From: Nemertoderma westbladi
Taxonomy: Eukaryota > Animalia > Xenacoelomorpha
Reading direction: 5' to 3'
DNA: 64,000 bases
Assembly: GCA_032718475.1 (NCBI GenBank)
Contig: JAUCBJ010006683.1
Span: 58,410 to 122,409 of the forward strand
Made by a program: the position numbers and the translations under genes. Positions 1-15,000 of this stretch are shown here, piece by piece. Numbering within the stretch: the first letter of the stretch is position 1; each line of letters opens with the position of its first letter. Below the pieces are notes generated by a model. The model did no database searches, was not told where the DNA came from, and was given only the letters and a program-made list of their open reading frames with translations.

Positions 1-3000
1 CTAACTGCCGTATGAAGGACTCCATATAGGAGTACTGGTTCTAACTGCTGTATGATGGACTCCATATAGGAGTACTGATTCTAACTGCTGTATGATGGAC
101 TCCATATAGGAGTACTGGTTCTAACTGCCGTATGATGGACTCCATATAGGAGTACTGGTTCTAACTGCTGTATGATGGACTCCATATAGGAGTACTGATT
201 CTAACTGCTGTATGATGGACTCCATATAGGAGTACTGGTTCTAACTTCTGATCGATGGACTCCATATAGGAGTACTGGTTCTAACTGCTGTATGATGGAC
301 TCCATATAGGAGTACTGGTCCTATATAGGTGTACTGATTCTAACTGCTGTATGATGGTCTCCATATAGAAGTACTGGTTCTGTCTGCTGTATGATGGACT
401 CCATATAGGAGTACTGGTTCTATCTGCTGTATGATGGACTCCATATAGGAAGGAGTACTGGTTCTAACTGCTGTATGATGGACTCCATATAGGAGTACTG
501 GTTCTAACTTCTGATTGATGGACTCCATATAGGAGTACTGGTTCTAACTGCTGTATGATGGACTCCATATAGGAGTACTGGTTCTAACTGCTGTATGATG
601 GACTCCATATAGGAGTACTGGTTCTAACTGCTGTATGATGGACTCCATATAGGAGTACTGGTTCTAACTTCTGATCGATGGACTCCATATAGGAGTACTG
701 GTTCTAACTGCTGTATGATGGACTCCATATAGGAGTACTGGTTCTAACTGCTGTATGATGGACTCCATATAGGAGTACTGGTTCAAACTTCTGATCGATG
801 GACTCCATATAGGAGTACTGGTTCTAACTGCTGTATGATGGACTCCATATAGGAGTACTGGTTCTAACTGCTGTATGATGGACTCCATATAGGAGTACTG
901 GTTCTAACTGCTGTATGATGGACTCCATATAGGAGTACTGGTTCAAACTTCTGATCGATGGACTCCATATAGGAGTACTGGTTCTAACTGCTGTATGATG
1001 GACTCCATATAGGAGTACTGGTTCTAACTGCTGTATGATGGACTCCATATAGGAGTACTGGTTCTAACTGCTGTATGATGGACTCCATATAGGAGTACTG
1101 GTTCAAACTTCTGATCGATGGACTCCATATAGGAGTACTGGTTCTAACTGCTGTATGATGGACTCCATATAGGAGTACTGGTTCTAACTGCCGTATGATG
1201 GACTCCATATAGGAGTACTGGTTCTAACTGCTGTATAGATGGACTCCATATAGGAGTACTGGTTCTAACTGCTGTATGATGGACTCCATATAGGAGTACT
1301 GGTTCTATCTTCTGATCGATGGACTCCATATAGGAGTACTGGTTCTAACTGCTGTATGATGGACTCCATATAGGAGTAATGGTTCTAACTGCTGTATGAT
1401 GGACTCCATATAGGAGTACTGGTTCTAACTGCTGTATGATGGACTCCATATAGGAGTAATGGTTCTAACTGCTGTATGATGGACTCCATATAGGAGTAAT
1501 GGTTCTAACTGCTGTATGATGGACTCCATATAGGAGTAATGGTTCTAACTGCTGTATGATGGACTCCATATAGGAGTACTGGTTCTAACTGCTGTATGAT
1601 GGAATCCATATAGGAATACTGGTTCCTGGTTCTATCTGCTGATTGATGCTCCATATAGGAGTACTGGTTCTAACTGCTGTATGATGGACTCCATATAGGA
1701 GTACTGGTTCTAACTGCTGTATGATGGACTCCATATAGGAGTACTGATTCTAACTGCTGTATGATGGACTCCATATAGGAGTTCTAACTGCTGTATGATG
1801 GACTCCATTTAGGAGTACTGGTTCTAACTTTTGTATGATGGACTCCATATAGGAGTACTGATTCTAACTGCTGTATGATGGACTCCATATAGGAGTACTG
1901 GTTCTAACTGCTGTATGATGGACTCCATATAGGAGTACTGGTTCTAACTGCTGTATGATGGACTCCATATAGGAGTACTGGTTCTAACTGCTGTATGATG
2001 GACTCCATATAGGAGTACTGGTTCTAACTTCTGATTGATGGACTCCATATAGGAGTACTGGTTCTAACTGATGTATGATGGACTCCATATAGGAGTACTG
2101 GTCTGGTTCTAACTGCTGTATGATGGACTCCATATAGGAGTACTGGTTCTAACTGCTGTATGATGGACTCCATATAGGAGTACTGGTTCTAACTGCTGTA
2201 TGATGGACTCCATATAGGAGTACTGGTTCTAACTTCTGATTGATGGACTCCATATAGGAGTACTGGTTCTAACTGATGTATGATGGACTCCACATAGGAG
2301 TACTGGTTCTAACTGCTGTATGATGGACTCCATATAGGAGTACTGGTTCTAACTGCTGTATGATGGACTCCATATAGGAGTACTGGTACTAACTTCTGAT
2401 TGATGGACTCCATAAAGGAGTACTAGTTCTAACTTCTGATTGATGGACTCCATATAGGAGTACTGGTTCTAACTGCTGTATGATGGACTCCATATAGGAG
2501 TACTGGTTCTAACTTCTGATTGATGGAATCCATCCATATAGGAGTACTGGTTCTAACTGCTGTATGATGGACTCCATATAGGAGTACTGGTTCTAACTGC
2601 TGTATGATGGACTCCATATAGGAGTACTGGTTCTAACTGCTGTATGATGGACTCCATATAGGAGTACTGGTTCTAACTGCTGTATGATGGACTCCATATA
2701 GGAGTACTGGTACTAACTTCTGATTGATGGACTCCATAAAGGAGTACTAGTTCTAACTTCTGATTGATGGACTCCATATAGGAGTACTGGTTCTAACTGA
2801 TGTATGATGGACTCCATATAGGAGTACTGGTCTGGTTCTAACTGCTGTATGATGGACTCCATATAGGAGTACTGGTTCTAACTGCTGTATGATGGACTCC
2901 ATATAGGAGTACTGGTTCTAACTGCTGTATGATGGACTCCATATAGGAGTACTGGTACTAACTTCTGATTGATGGACTCCATAAAGGAGTACTAGTTCTA

Positions 3001-6000
3001 ACTTCTGATTGATGGACTCCATATAGGAGTACTGGTTCTAACTGATGTATGATGGACTCCATATAGGAGTACTGGTCTGGTTCTAACTGCTGTATGATGG
3101 ACTCCATATAGGAGTACTGGTTCTAACTGCTGTATGATGGACTCCATATAGGAGTACTGGTTCTAACTGCTGTATGATGGACTCCATATAGGAGTACTGG
3201 TCTGTTCTAACTGCTGTATGATGGACTCCATATAGGAGTACTGGTTCTAACTGCTGTATGATGGACTCCATATAGGAGTACTGGTTCTAACTGCTGTATG
3301 ATGGACTCCATATAGGAGTACTGGTTCTAACTTCTGATTGATGGACTCCATATAGGAGTACTGGTTCTAACTGATGTATGATGGACTCCACATAGGAGTA
3401 CTGGTTCTAACTGCTGTATGATGGACTCCATATAGGAGTACTGGTTCTAACTGCTGTATGATGGACTCCATATAGGAGTACTGGTTCTAACTTCTGATCG
3501 ATGGACTCCATATAGGAGTACTGGTTCTAACTGCTGTATGATGGACTCCATATAGGAGTACTGGTTCTAACTGCTGTATGATGGACTCCATATAGGAGTA
3601 CTGGTTCTAACTTCTGATTGATGGAATCCATCCATATAGGAGTACTGGTTCTAACTGCTGTATGATGGACTCCATATAGGAGTACTGGTTCTAACTGCTG
3701 TATGATGGACTCCACATAGGAGTACTGGTTCTAACTGCTGTATGATGGACTCCATATTGGAGTACTGGTTCTATCTGCTGTATGATGGACTCCATATAGG
3801 AAGGAGTACTGGTTCTAACTGCTGTATGATGGACTCCATATAGGAGTACTGGTTCTAACTTATGATTGATGGACTGACTCCATATAGGAGTACTGGTTCT
3901 AACTTCTGATTGATGGACTCCATATAGGAGTACTGGTTCTAACTGCTGTATGATGGACTCCATATAGGAGTACTGGTTCTAACTGCTGTATGATGGAATC
4001 CATATAGGAGTACTGGTTCTAACAGCTGTATGATGGACTCCATATAGGAGTACTGGTTCTAACAGCTGTATGATGGACTCCATATAGGAGTATTGATTCT
4101 AACTGCTGTGGACTCCATATAGGAGTACTGGTTCCGGTATATCTCTGATTGATCGCTCCATATAGGAGTACTGGTTCTCACTGCATGTATGGAGTACTGG
4201 TTCTAACAGCTGTATGATGGACTCCATATAGGAGTATTGATTATAACTGCTGTGGACTCCATATAGGAGTACTGGTTCTAACAGCTGTATGATGGACTCC
4301 ATATAGGAGTACTGGTTCTAACAGCTGTATGATGGACTCCATATAGGAGTACTGGTTCTAACAGCTGTATGATGGACTCCATATAGGAGTATTGATTATA
4401 ACTGCTGTGGACTCCATATAGGAGTACTGGTTCTAACTTCTGATCGATGGACTCCATATAGGAGTACTGGTTCTAACTGCTGTATGATGGACTCCATATA
4501 GGAGTACTGGTTCTAACTGCTGTATGATGGACTCCATATAGGAGTACTGGTTCTAACTTCTGATCGATGGACTCCATATAGGAGTACTGGTTCTAACTGC
4601 TGTATGATGGACTCCATATAGGAGTACTGGTTCTAACTGCCGTATGAAGGACTCCATATAGGAGTACTGGTTCTAACTGCTGTATGATGGACTCCATATA
4701 GGAGTACTGATTCTAACTGCTGTATGATGGACTCCATATAGGAGTACTGGTTCTAACTGCCGTATGATGGACTCCATATAGGAGTACTGGTTCTAACTGC
4801 TGTATGATGGACTCCATATAGGAGTACTGATTCTAACTGCTGTATGATGGACTCCATATAGGAGTACTGGTTCTAACTTCTGATCGATGGACTCCATATA
4901 GGAGTACTGGTTCTAACTGCTGTATGATGGACTCCATATAGGAGTACTGGTCCTATATAGGTGTACTGATTCTAACTGCTGTATGATGGTCTCCATATAG
5001 AAGTACTGGTTCTGACTGCTGTATGATGGACTCCATATAGGAGTACTGGTTCTATCTGCTGTATGATGGACTCCATATAGGAAGGAGTACTGGTTCTAAC
5101 TGCTGTATGATGGACTCCATATAGGAGTACTGGTTCTAACTTCTGATTGATGGACTCCATATAGGAGTACTGGTTCTAACTGCTGTATGATGGACTCCAT
5201 ATAGGAGTACTGGTTCTAACTGCTGTATGATGGACTCCATATAGGAGTACTGGTTCTAACTGCTGTATGATGGAATCCATATAGGAGTACTGGTTCTAAC
5301 TTCTGATCGATGGACTCCATATAGGAGTACTGGTTCTAACTGCTGTATGATGGACTCCATATAGGAGTACTGGTTCTAACTGCTGTATGATGGACTCCAT
5401 ATAGGAGTACTGGTTCTAACTTCTGATCGATGGACTCCATATAGGAGTACTGGTTCTAACTGCTGTATGATGGACTCCATATAGGAGTACTGGTTCTAAC
5501 TGCCGTATGATGGACTCCATATAGGAGTACTGGTTCTAACTGCTGTATGATGGACTCCATATAGGAGTACTGGTTCTAACTGCTGTATGATGGACTCCAT
5601 ATAGGAGTACTGGTTCTAACTTCTGATCGATGGACTCCATATAGGAGTACTGGTTCTAACTGCTGTATGATGGACTCCATATAGGAGTACTGGTTCTAAC
5701 TGCTGTATGATGGACTCCATATAGGAGTACTGGTTCTAACTTCTGATCGATGGACTCCATATAGGAGTACTGGTTCTAACTGCTGTATGATGGACTCCAT
5801 ATAGGAGTACTGGTTCTAACTGCTGTATGATGGACTCCATATAGGAGTACTGGTTCAAACTTCTGATCGATGGACTCCATATAGGAGTACTGGTTCTAAC
5901 TGCTGTATGATGGACTCCATATAGGAGTACTGGTTCTAACTGCCGTATGATGGACTCCATATAGGAGTACTGGTTCTAACTGCTGTATAATGGACTCCAT

Positions 6001-9000
6001 ATAGGAGTACTGGTTCTAACTGCTGTATGATGGACTCCATATAGGAGTACTGGTTCTATCTTCTGATCGATGGACTCCATATAGGAGTACTGGTTCTAAC
6101 TGCTGTATGATGGACTCCATATAGGAGTAATGGTTCTAACTGCTGTATGATGGACTCCATATAGGAGTACTGGTTCTAACTGCTGTATGATGGAATCCAT
6201 ATAGGAATACTGGTTCCTGGTTCTATCTGCTGATTGATGCTCCATATAGGAGTACTGGTTCTAACTGCTGTATGATGGACTCCATATAGGAGTACTGGTT
6301 CTAACTGCTGTATGATGGACTCCATATAGGAGTACTGGTTCTAACTGCTGTATGATGGACTCCATATAGGAGTTCTAACTGCTGTATGATGGACTCCATA
6401 TAGGAGTACTGGTTCTAACTGCTGTATGATGGACTCCATATAGGAGTACTGGTACTAACTTCTGATTGATGGACTCCATAAAGGAGTACTAGTTCTAACT
6501 TCTGATTGATGGACTCCATATAGGAGTACTGGTTCTAACTGCTGTATGATGGACTCCATATAGGAGTACTGGTTCTAACTGCTGTATGATGGACTCCATA
6601 TAGGAGTACTGGTTCTAACTTCTGATTGATGGAATCCATCCATATAGGAGTACTGGTTCTAACTGCTGTATGGACTCCATATAGGAGTACTGGTTCTAAC
6701 TGCTGTATGATGGACTCCATATAGGAGTACTGGTTCTAACTGCTGTATGATGGACTCCATATAGGAGTACTGGTTCTAACTGCTGTATGATGGACTCCAT
6801 ATAGGAGTACTGGTTCTAACTTCTGATTGATGGACTCCATATAGGAGTACTGGTTCTAACTGATGTATGATGGACTCCACATAGGAGTACTGGTTCTAAC
6901 TGCTGTATGATGGACTCCATATAGGAGTACTGGTTCTAACTGCTGTATGATGGACTCCATATAGGAGTACTGGTACTAACTTCTGATTGATGGACTCCAT
7001 AAAGGAGTACTAGTTCTAACTTCTGATTGATGGACTCCATAAAGGAGTACTAGTTCTAACTTCTGATTGATGGACTCCATATAGGAGTACTGGTTCTAAC
7101 TGCTGTATGATGGACTCCATATAGGAGTACTGGTTCTAACTTCTGATTGATGGACTCCATATAGGAGTACTGGTTCTAACTGATGTATGATGGACTCCAC
7201 ATAGGAGTACTGGTTCTAACTGCTGTATGATGGACTCCATATAGGAGTACTGGTTCTAACTGCTGTATGATGGACTCCATATAGGAGTACTGGTACTAAC
7301 TTCTGATTGATGGACTCCATAAAGGAGTACTAGTTCTAACTTCTGATTGATGGACTCCATATAGGAGTACTGGTTCTAACTGCTGTATGATGGACTCCAT
7401 ATAGGAGTACTGGTTCTAACTGCTGTATGATGGACTCCATATAGGAGTACTGGTACTAACTTCTGATTGATGGACTCCATAAAGGAGTACTAGTTCTAAC
7501 TTCTGATTGATGGACTCCATATAGGAGTACTGGTTCTAACTGCTGTATGATGGACTCCACATAGGAGTACTGGTTCTAACTGCTGTATGATGGACTCCAT
7601 ATTGGAGTACTGGTTCTATCTGCTGTATGATGGACTCCATATAGGAAGGAGTACTGGTTCTAACTGCTGTATGATGGACTCCATATAGGAGTACTGGTTC
7701 TAACTTATGATTGATGGACTGACTCCATATAGGAGTACTGGTTCTAACTTCTGATTGATGGACTCCATATAGGAGTACTGGTTCTAACTGCTGTATGATG
7801 GACTCCATATAGGAGTACTGGTTCTAACTGCTGTATGATGGAATCCATATAGGAGTACTGGTTCTAACAGCTGTATGATGGACTCCATATAGGAGTACTG
7901 GTTCTAACTTATGATTGATGGACTGACTCCATATAGGAGTACTGGTTCTAACAGCTGTATGATGGACTCCATATAGGAGTACTGGTTCTAACAGCTGTAT
8001 GATGGACTCCATATAGGAGTATTGATTATAACTGCTGTGGACTCCATATAGGAGTACTGGTTCCTGGTTCTATCTGCTGATTGATGCTCCATATAGGAGT
8101 ACTGGTTCTAACTGCTGTATGATGGACTCCATATAGGAGTACTGGTTCTAACAGCTGTATGATGGACTCCATATAGGAGTACTGGTTCTAACAGCTGTAT
8201 GATGGACTCCATATAGGAGTACTGGTTCTAACAGCTGTATGATGGACTCCATATAGGAGTATTGATTATAACTGCTGTGGACTCCATATAGGAGTACTGG
8301 TTCTAACTTCTGATCGATGGACTCCATATAGGAGTACTGGTTCTAACTGCTGTATGATGGACTCCATATAGGAGTACTGGTTCTAACTGCTGTATGATGG
8401 ACTCCATATAGGAGTACTGGTTCTAACTTCTGATCGATGGACTCCATATAGGAGTACTGGTTCTAACTGCTGTATGATGGACTCCATATAGGAGTACTGG
8501 TTCTAACTGCCGTATGAAGGACTCCATATAGGAGTACTGGTTCTAACTGCTGTATGATGGACTCCATATAGGAGTACTGATTCTAACTGCTGTATGATGG
8601 ACTCCATATAGGAGTACTGGTTCTAACTGCCGTATGATGGACTCCATATAGGAGTACTGGTTCTAACTGCTGTATGATGGACTCCATATAGGAGTACTGA
8701 TTCTAACTGCTGTATGATGGACTCCATATAGGAGTACTGGTTCTAACTTCTGATCGATGGACTCCATATAGGAGTACTGGTTCTAACTGCTGTATGATGG
8801 ACTCCATATAGGAGTACTGGTCCTATATAGGTGTACTGATTCTAACTGCTGTATGATGGTCTCCATATAGAAGTACTGGTTCTGACTGCTGTATGATGGA
8901 CTCCATATAGGAGTACTGGTTCTATCTGCTGTATGATGGACTCCATATAGGAAGGAGTACTGGTTCTAACTGCTGTATGATGGACTCCATATAGGAGTAC

Positions 9001-12000
9001 TGGTTCTAACTTCTGATTGATGGACTCCATATAGGAGTACTGGTTCTAACTGCTGTATGATGGACTCCATATAGGAGTACTGGTTCTAACTGCTGTATGA
9101 TGGACTCCATATAGGAGTACTGATTCTAACTGCTGTGGACTCCATATAGGAGTACTGGTTCTAATTTCTGATCGATGGACTCCATATAGGAGTACTGGTT
9201 CTAACTGCTGTATGATGGACTCCATATAGGAGTACTGGTTCTAACTGCTGTATGATGGACTCCATATAGGAGTACTGGTTCTAACTTCTGATCGATGGAC
9301 TCCATATAGGAGTACTGGTTCTAACTGCTGTATGATGGACTCCATATAGGAGTACTGGTTCTAACTGCCGTATGATGGACTCCATATAGGAGTACTGGTT
9401 CTAACTGCTGTATGATGGACTCCATATAGGAGTACTGGTTCTAACTGCTGTATGATGGACTCCATATAGGAGTACTGGTTCTAACTTCTGATCGATGGAC
9501 TCCATATAGGAGTACTGGTTCTAACTGCTGTATGATGGACTCCATATAGGAGTACTGGTTCTAACTGCTGTATGATGGACTCCATATAGGAGTACTGGTT
9601 CAAACTTCTGATCGATGGACTCCATATAGGAGTACTGGTTCTAACTGCTGTATGATGGACTCCATATAGGAGTACTGGTTCTAACTGCCGTATGATGGAC
9701 TCCATATAGGAGTACTGGTTCTAACTGCTGTATAATGGACTCCATATAGGAGTACTGGTTCTAACTACTGTATGATGGACTCCATATAGGAGTACTGGTT
9801 CTATCTTCTGATCGATGGACTCCATATAGGAGTACTGGTTCTAACTGCTGTATGATGGACTCCATATAGGAGTAATGGTTCTAACTGCTGTATGATGGAC
9901 TCCATATAGGAGTACTGGTTCTAACTGATGTATGATGGACTCCATATAGGAGTACTGGTTCTAACTTCTGTATGATGGACTCCATATAGGAGTACTGGTT
10001 CTAACTTCTGATTGATGGACTCCATATAGGAGTACTGGTTCTAACTGCTGTTAACTTCTGATTGATGGACTCCATATAGGAGTACTGGTTCTAACTGATG
10101 TATGATGGACTCCATATAGGAGTACTGGTTCTAACTTCTGTATGATGGACTCCATATAGGAGTACTGGTTCTAACTTCTGATTGATGGACTCCATATAGG
10201 AGTACTGGTTCTAACTGCTGTATGATGGACTCCATATAGGAGTTCTAACTGCTGTATGATGGACTCCATATAGGAGTACTGGTTCTAACTTTTGTATGAT
10301 GGACTCCATATAGGAGTACTGATTCTAACTGCTGTATGATGGACTCCATATAGGAGTACTGGTTCTAACTTCTGTATGATGGACTCCATATAGGAGTATT
10401 GATTCTAACTGCTGTGGACTCCATATAGGAGTACTGGTTCTAACTTCTGTATGATGGACTCCATATAGGAGTATTGATTCTAACTGCTGTGGACTCCATA
10501 TAGGAGTACTGATTCTAACTGCTGTATGATGGACTCCATATAGGAGTATTGATTCTAACTGCTGTGGACTCCATATAGGAGTACTGGTTCTAACTTCTGA
10601 TCGATGGACTCCATATAGGAGTACTGGTTCTAACTGCTGTATGATGGACTCCATATAGGAGTACTGGTTCTAACTGCTGTATGATGGACTCCATATAGGA
10701 GTACTGGTTCTAACTGCTGCATGATGGACTCCATATAGGAGTACTGGTTCTAACTGCTGTATGATGGACTCCATATAGGAGTACTGATTCTAACTGCTGT
10801 ATGATGGACTCCATATATGAGTTCTAACTGCTGTATGATGGACTCCATATAGGAGTACTGGTTCTAACTTTTGTATGATGGACTCCATATAGGAGTACTG
10901 ATTCTAACTGCTGTATGATGGACTCCATATAGGAGTACTGATTCTAACTTCTGTATGATGGACTCCATATAGGAGTACTGGTTCTAACTTCTGATTGATG
11001 GACTCCATATAGGAGTACTGGTTCTAACTGCTGTTAACTTCTGATTGATGGACTCCATATAGGAGTACTGGTTCTAACTGATGTATGATGGACTCCATAT
11101 AGGAGTACTGGTTCTAACTGCTGTATGATGGACTCCATATAGGAGTACTGGTTCTAACAGCTGTATGATGGACTCCATATAGGAGTATTGATTCTAACTG
11201 CTGTGGACTCCATATAGGAGTACTGGTTCTAACTTCTAATCGATGGACTCCATATAGGAGTACTGATTCTAACTGCTGTATGATGGACTCCATATAGGAG
11301 TACTGGTTCTAACTGCTGTATGATGGACTCCATATAGGAGTACTGGTTCTAACTTCTGATCGATAGACTCCATATAGGAGTACTGGTTCTAACAGCTGTA
11401 TGATGGACTCCATATAGGAGTACTGGTTCTAACTGCCAGATGATGGACTCCATATAGGAGTACTGGTTCTAACTGCTGTATGATGGACTCCATATAGGAG
11501 TACTGATTATAACTGCTGTATGTTGGACTCCATATAGGAGTACTGGTTCTAACTGCTGTATGATGGACTCCATATAGGAGTACTGGTTCTAACTGCTGAT
11601 TGATGAACTCCATATAGGAGTACTGATTCTAACTGCTGTATGATGGACTCCATATAAGAGTACTGGTTCTAACTGCTGTATGATGGACTCCATATAGGAG
11701 TACTGGTTCTAACTGCTGTATGATGGACTCCATATAGGAGTACTAGTTCTAACTGCTGTATGATGGACTCCATATAGGAGTACTGATTCTAACTGCTGTA
11801 TGATGGATCCATATAGGAGTACTGGTTCTAACTGCTGTATGATGGATCCATATAGGAGTACTGGTTCTAACAGCTGTATGATGGACTCCATATAGGAGTA
11901 TTGATTCTAACTGCTGTGGACTCCATATAGGAGTACTGGTTCTAACTTCTAATCGATGGACTCCATATAGGAGTACTGATTCTAACTGCTGTATGATGGA

Positions 12001-15000
12001 CTCCATATAGGAGTACTGGTTCTAACTGCTGTATGATGGACTCCATATAGGAGTACTGGTTCTAACTTCTGATCGATAGACTCCATATAGGAGTACTGGT
12101 TCTAACAGCTGTATGATGGACTCCATATAGGAGTACTGGTTCTAACTGCCAGATGATGGACTCCATATAGGAGTACTGGTTCTAACTGCTGTATGATGGA
12201 CTCCATATAGGAGTACTGATTATAACTGCTGTATGTTGGACTCCATATAGGAGTACTGGTTCTAACTGCTGTATGATGGACTCCATATAGGAGTACTGGT
12301 TCAAACTGCTGATTGATGAACTCCATATAGGAGTACTGATTCTAACTGCTGTATGATGGACTCCATATAAGAGTACTGGTTCTAACTGCTGTATGATGGA
12401 CTCCATATAGGAGTACTGGTTCTAACTGCTGTATGATGGACTCCATATAGGAGTACTAGTTCTAACTGCTGTATGATGGACTCCATATAGGAGTACTGAT
12501 TCTAACTGCTGTATGATGGATCCATATAGGAGTACTGGTTCTAACTTCTGATTGATGGACTCCATATAGGAGTACTGGTTCTAACTGCTGTATGATGGAC
12601 TCCATATAGGAGTTCTAACTGCTGTATGATGGACTCCATATAGGAGTACTGGTTCTAACTTTTGTATGATGGACTCCATATAGGAGTACTGATTCTAACT
12701 GCTGTATGATAGACTCCATATAGGAGTACTGGTTCTAACTTCTGATTGATGGACTCCATATAGGAGTACTGGTTCTAACTGATGTATGATGGACTCCATA
12801 TAGGAGTACTGGTTCTAACTTCTGTATGATGGACTCCATATAGGAGTACTGGTTCTAACTTCTGATTGATGGACTCCATATAGGAGTACTGGTTCTAACT
12901 GCTGTTAACTTCTGATTGATGGACTCCATATAGGAGTACTGGTTCTAACTGATGTATGATGGACTCCATATAGGAGTACTGGTTCTAACTTCTGTATGAT
13001 GGACTCCATATAGGAGTACTGGTTCTAACTTCTGATTGATGGACTCCATATAGGAGTACTGGTTCTAACTGCTGTATGATGGACTCCATATAGGAGTTCT
13101 AACTGCTGTATGATGGACTCCATATAGGAGTACTGGTTCTAACTTTTGTATGATGGACTCCATATAGGAGTACTGATTCTAACTGCTGTATGATGGACTC
13201 CATATAGGAGTACTGGTTCTAACTTCTGTATGATGGACTCCATATAGGAGTATTGATTCTAACTGCTGTGGACTCCATATAGGAGTACTGGTTCTAACTT
13301 CTGTATGATGGACTCCATATAGGAGTATTGATTCTAACTGCTGTGGACTCCATATAGGAGTACTGATTCTAACTGCTGTATGATGGACTCCATATAGGAG
13401 TATTGATTCTAACTGCTGTGGACTCCATATAGGAGTACTGGTTCTAACTTCTGATCGATGGACTGCATATAGGAGTACTGGTTCTAACTGCTGTATGATG
13501 GACTCCATATAGGAGTACTGGTTCTAACTGCTGTATGATGGACTCCATATAGGAGTACTGGTTCTAACTGCTGCATGATGGACTCCATATAGGAGTACTG
13601 GTTCTAACTGCTGTATGATGGACTCCATATAGGAGTACTGATTCTAACTGCTGTATGATGGATCCATATAGGAGTACTGGTTCTAACTTCTGATTGATGG
13701 ACTCCATATAGGAGTACTGGTTCTAACTGCTGTATGATGGACTCCATATAGGAGTTCTAACTGCTGTATGATGGACTCCATATAGGAGTACTGGTTCTAA
13801 CTTTTGTATGATGGACTCCATATAGGAGTACTGATTCTAACTGCTGTATGATAGACTCCATATAGGAGTACTGGTTCTAACTTCTGATTGATGGACTCCA
13901 TATAGGAGTACTGGTTCTAACTGATGTATGATGGACTCCATATAGGAGTACTGGTTCTAACTTCTGTATGATGGACTCCATATAGGAGTACTGGTTCTAA
14001 CTTCTGATTGATGGACTCCATATAGGAGTACTGGTTCTAACTGCTGTTAACTTCTGATTGATGGACTCCATATAGGAGTACTGGTTCTAACTGATGTATG
14101 ATGGACTCCATATAGGAGTACTGGTTCTAACTTCTGTATGATGGACTCCATATAGGAGTACTGGTTCTAACTTCTGATTGATGGACTCCATATAGGAGTA
14201 CTGGTTCTAACTGCTGTATGATGGACTCCATATAGGAGTTCTAACTGCTGTATGATGGACTCCATATAGGAGTACTGGTTCTAACTTTTGTATGATGGAC
14301 TCCATATAGGAGTACTGATTCTAACTGCTGTATGATGGACTCCATATAGGAGTACTGGTTCTAACTTCTGTATGATGGACTCCATATAGGAGTATTGATT
14401 CTAACTGCTGTGGACTCCATATAGGAGTACTGGTTCTAACTTCTGTATGATGGACTCCATATAGGAGTATTGATTCTAACTGCTGTGGACTCCATATAGG
14501 AGTACTGATTCTAACTGCTGTATGATGGACTCCATATAGGAGTATTGATTCTAACTGCTGTGGACTCCATATAGGAGTACTGGTTCTAACTTCTGATCGA
14601 TGGACTGCATATAGGAGTACTGGTTCTAACTGCTGTATGATGGACTCCATATAGGAGTACTGGTTCTAACTGCTGTATGATGGACTCCATATAGGAGTAC
14701 TGGTTCTAACTGCTGCATGATGGACTCCATATAGGAGTACTGGTTCTAACTGCTGTATGATGGACTCCATATAGGAGTACTGATTCTAACTGCTGTATGA
14801 TGGACTCCATATATGAGTTCTAACTGCTGTATGATGGACTCCATATAGGAGTACTGGTTCTAACTTTTGTATGATGGACTCCATATAGGAGTACTGATTC
14901 TAACTGCTGTATGATGGACTCCATATAGGAGTACTGATTCTAACTTCTGTATGATGGACTCCATATAGGAGTACTGGTTCTAACTTCTGATTGATGGACT

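Noticed and set aside
62-70. CCATATAGG as an SRF/MADS CArG box in every monomer
   Set aside because: It has five A/T bases between CC and GG, whereas the CArG consensus needs six.
241-280. Hammerhead ribozyme or C/D snoRNA motifs in the satellite (CTGATCGA/CTGATTGA, ATGATGG, CTGA)
   Set aside because: There is no CUGANGA plus GAAA core with three stems, and the C-box-like ATGATGG is imperfect and lacks a consistent D-box and terminal stem.
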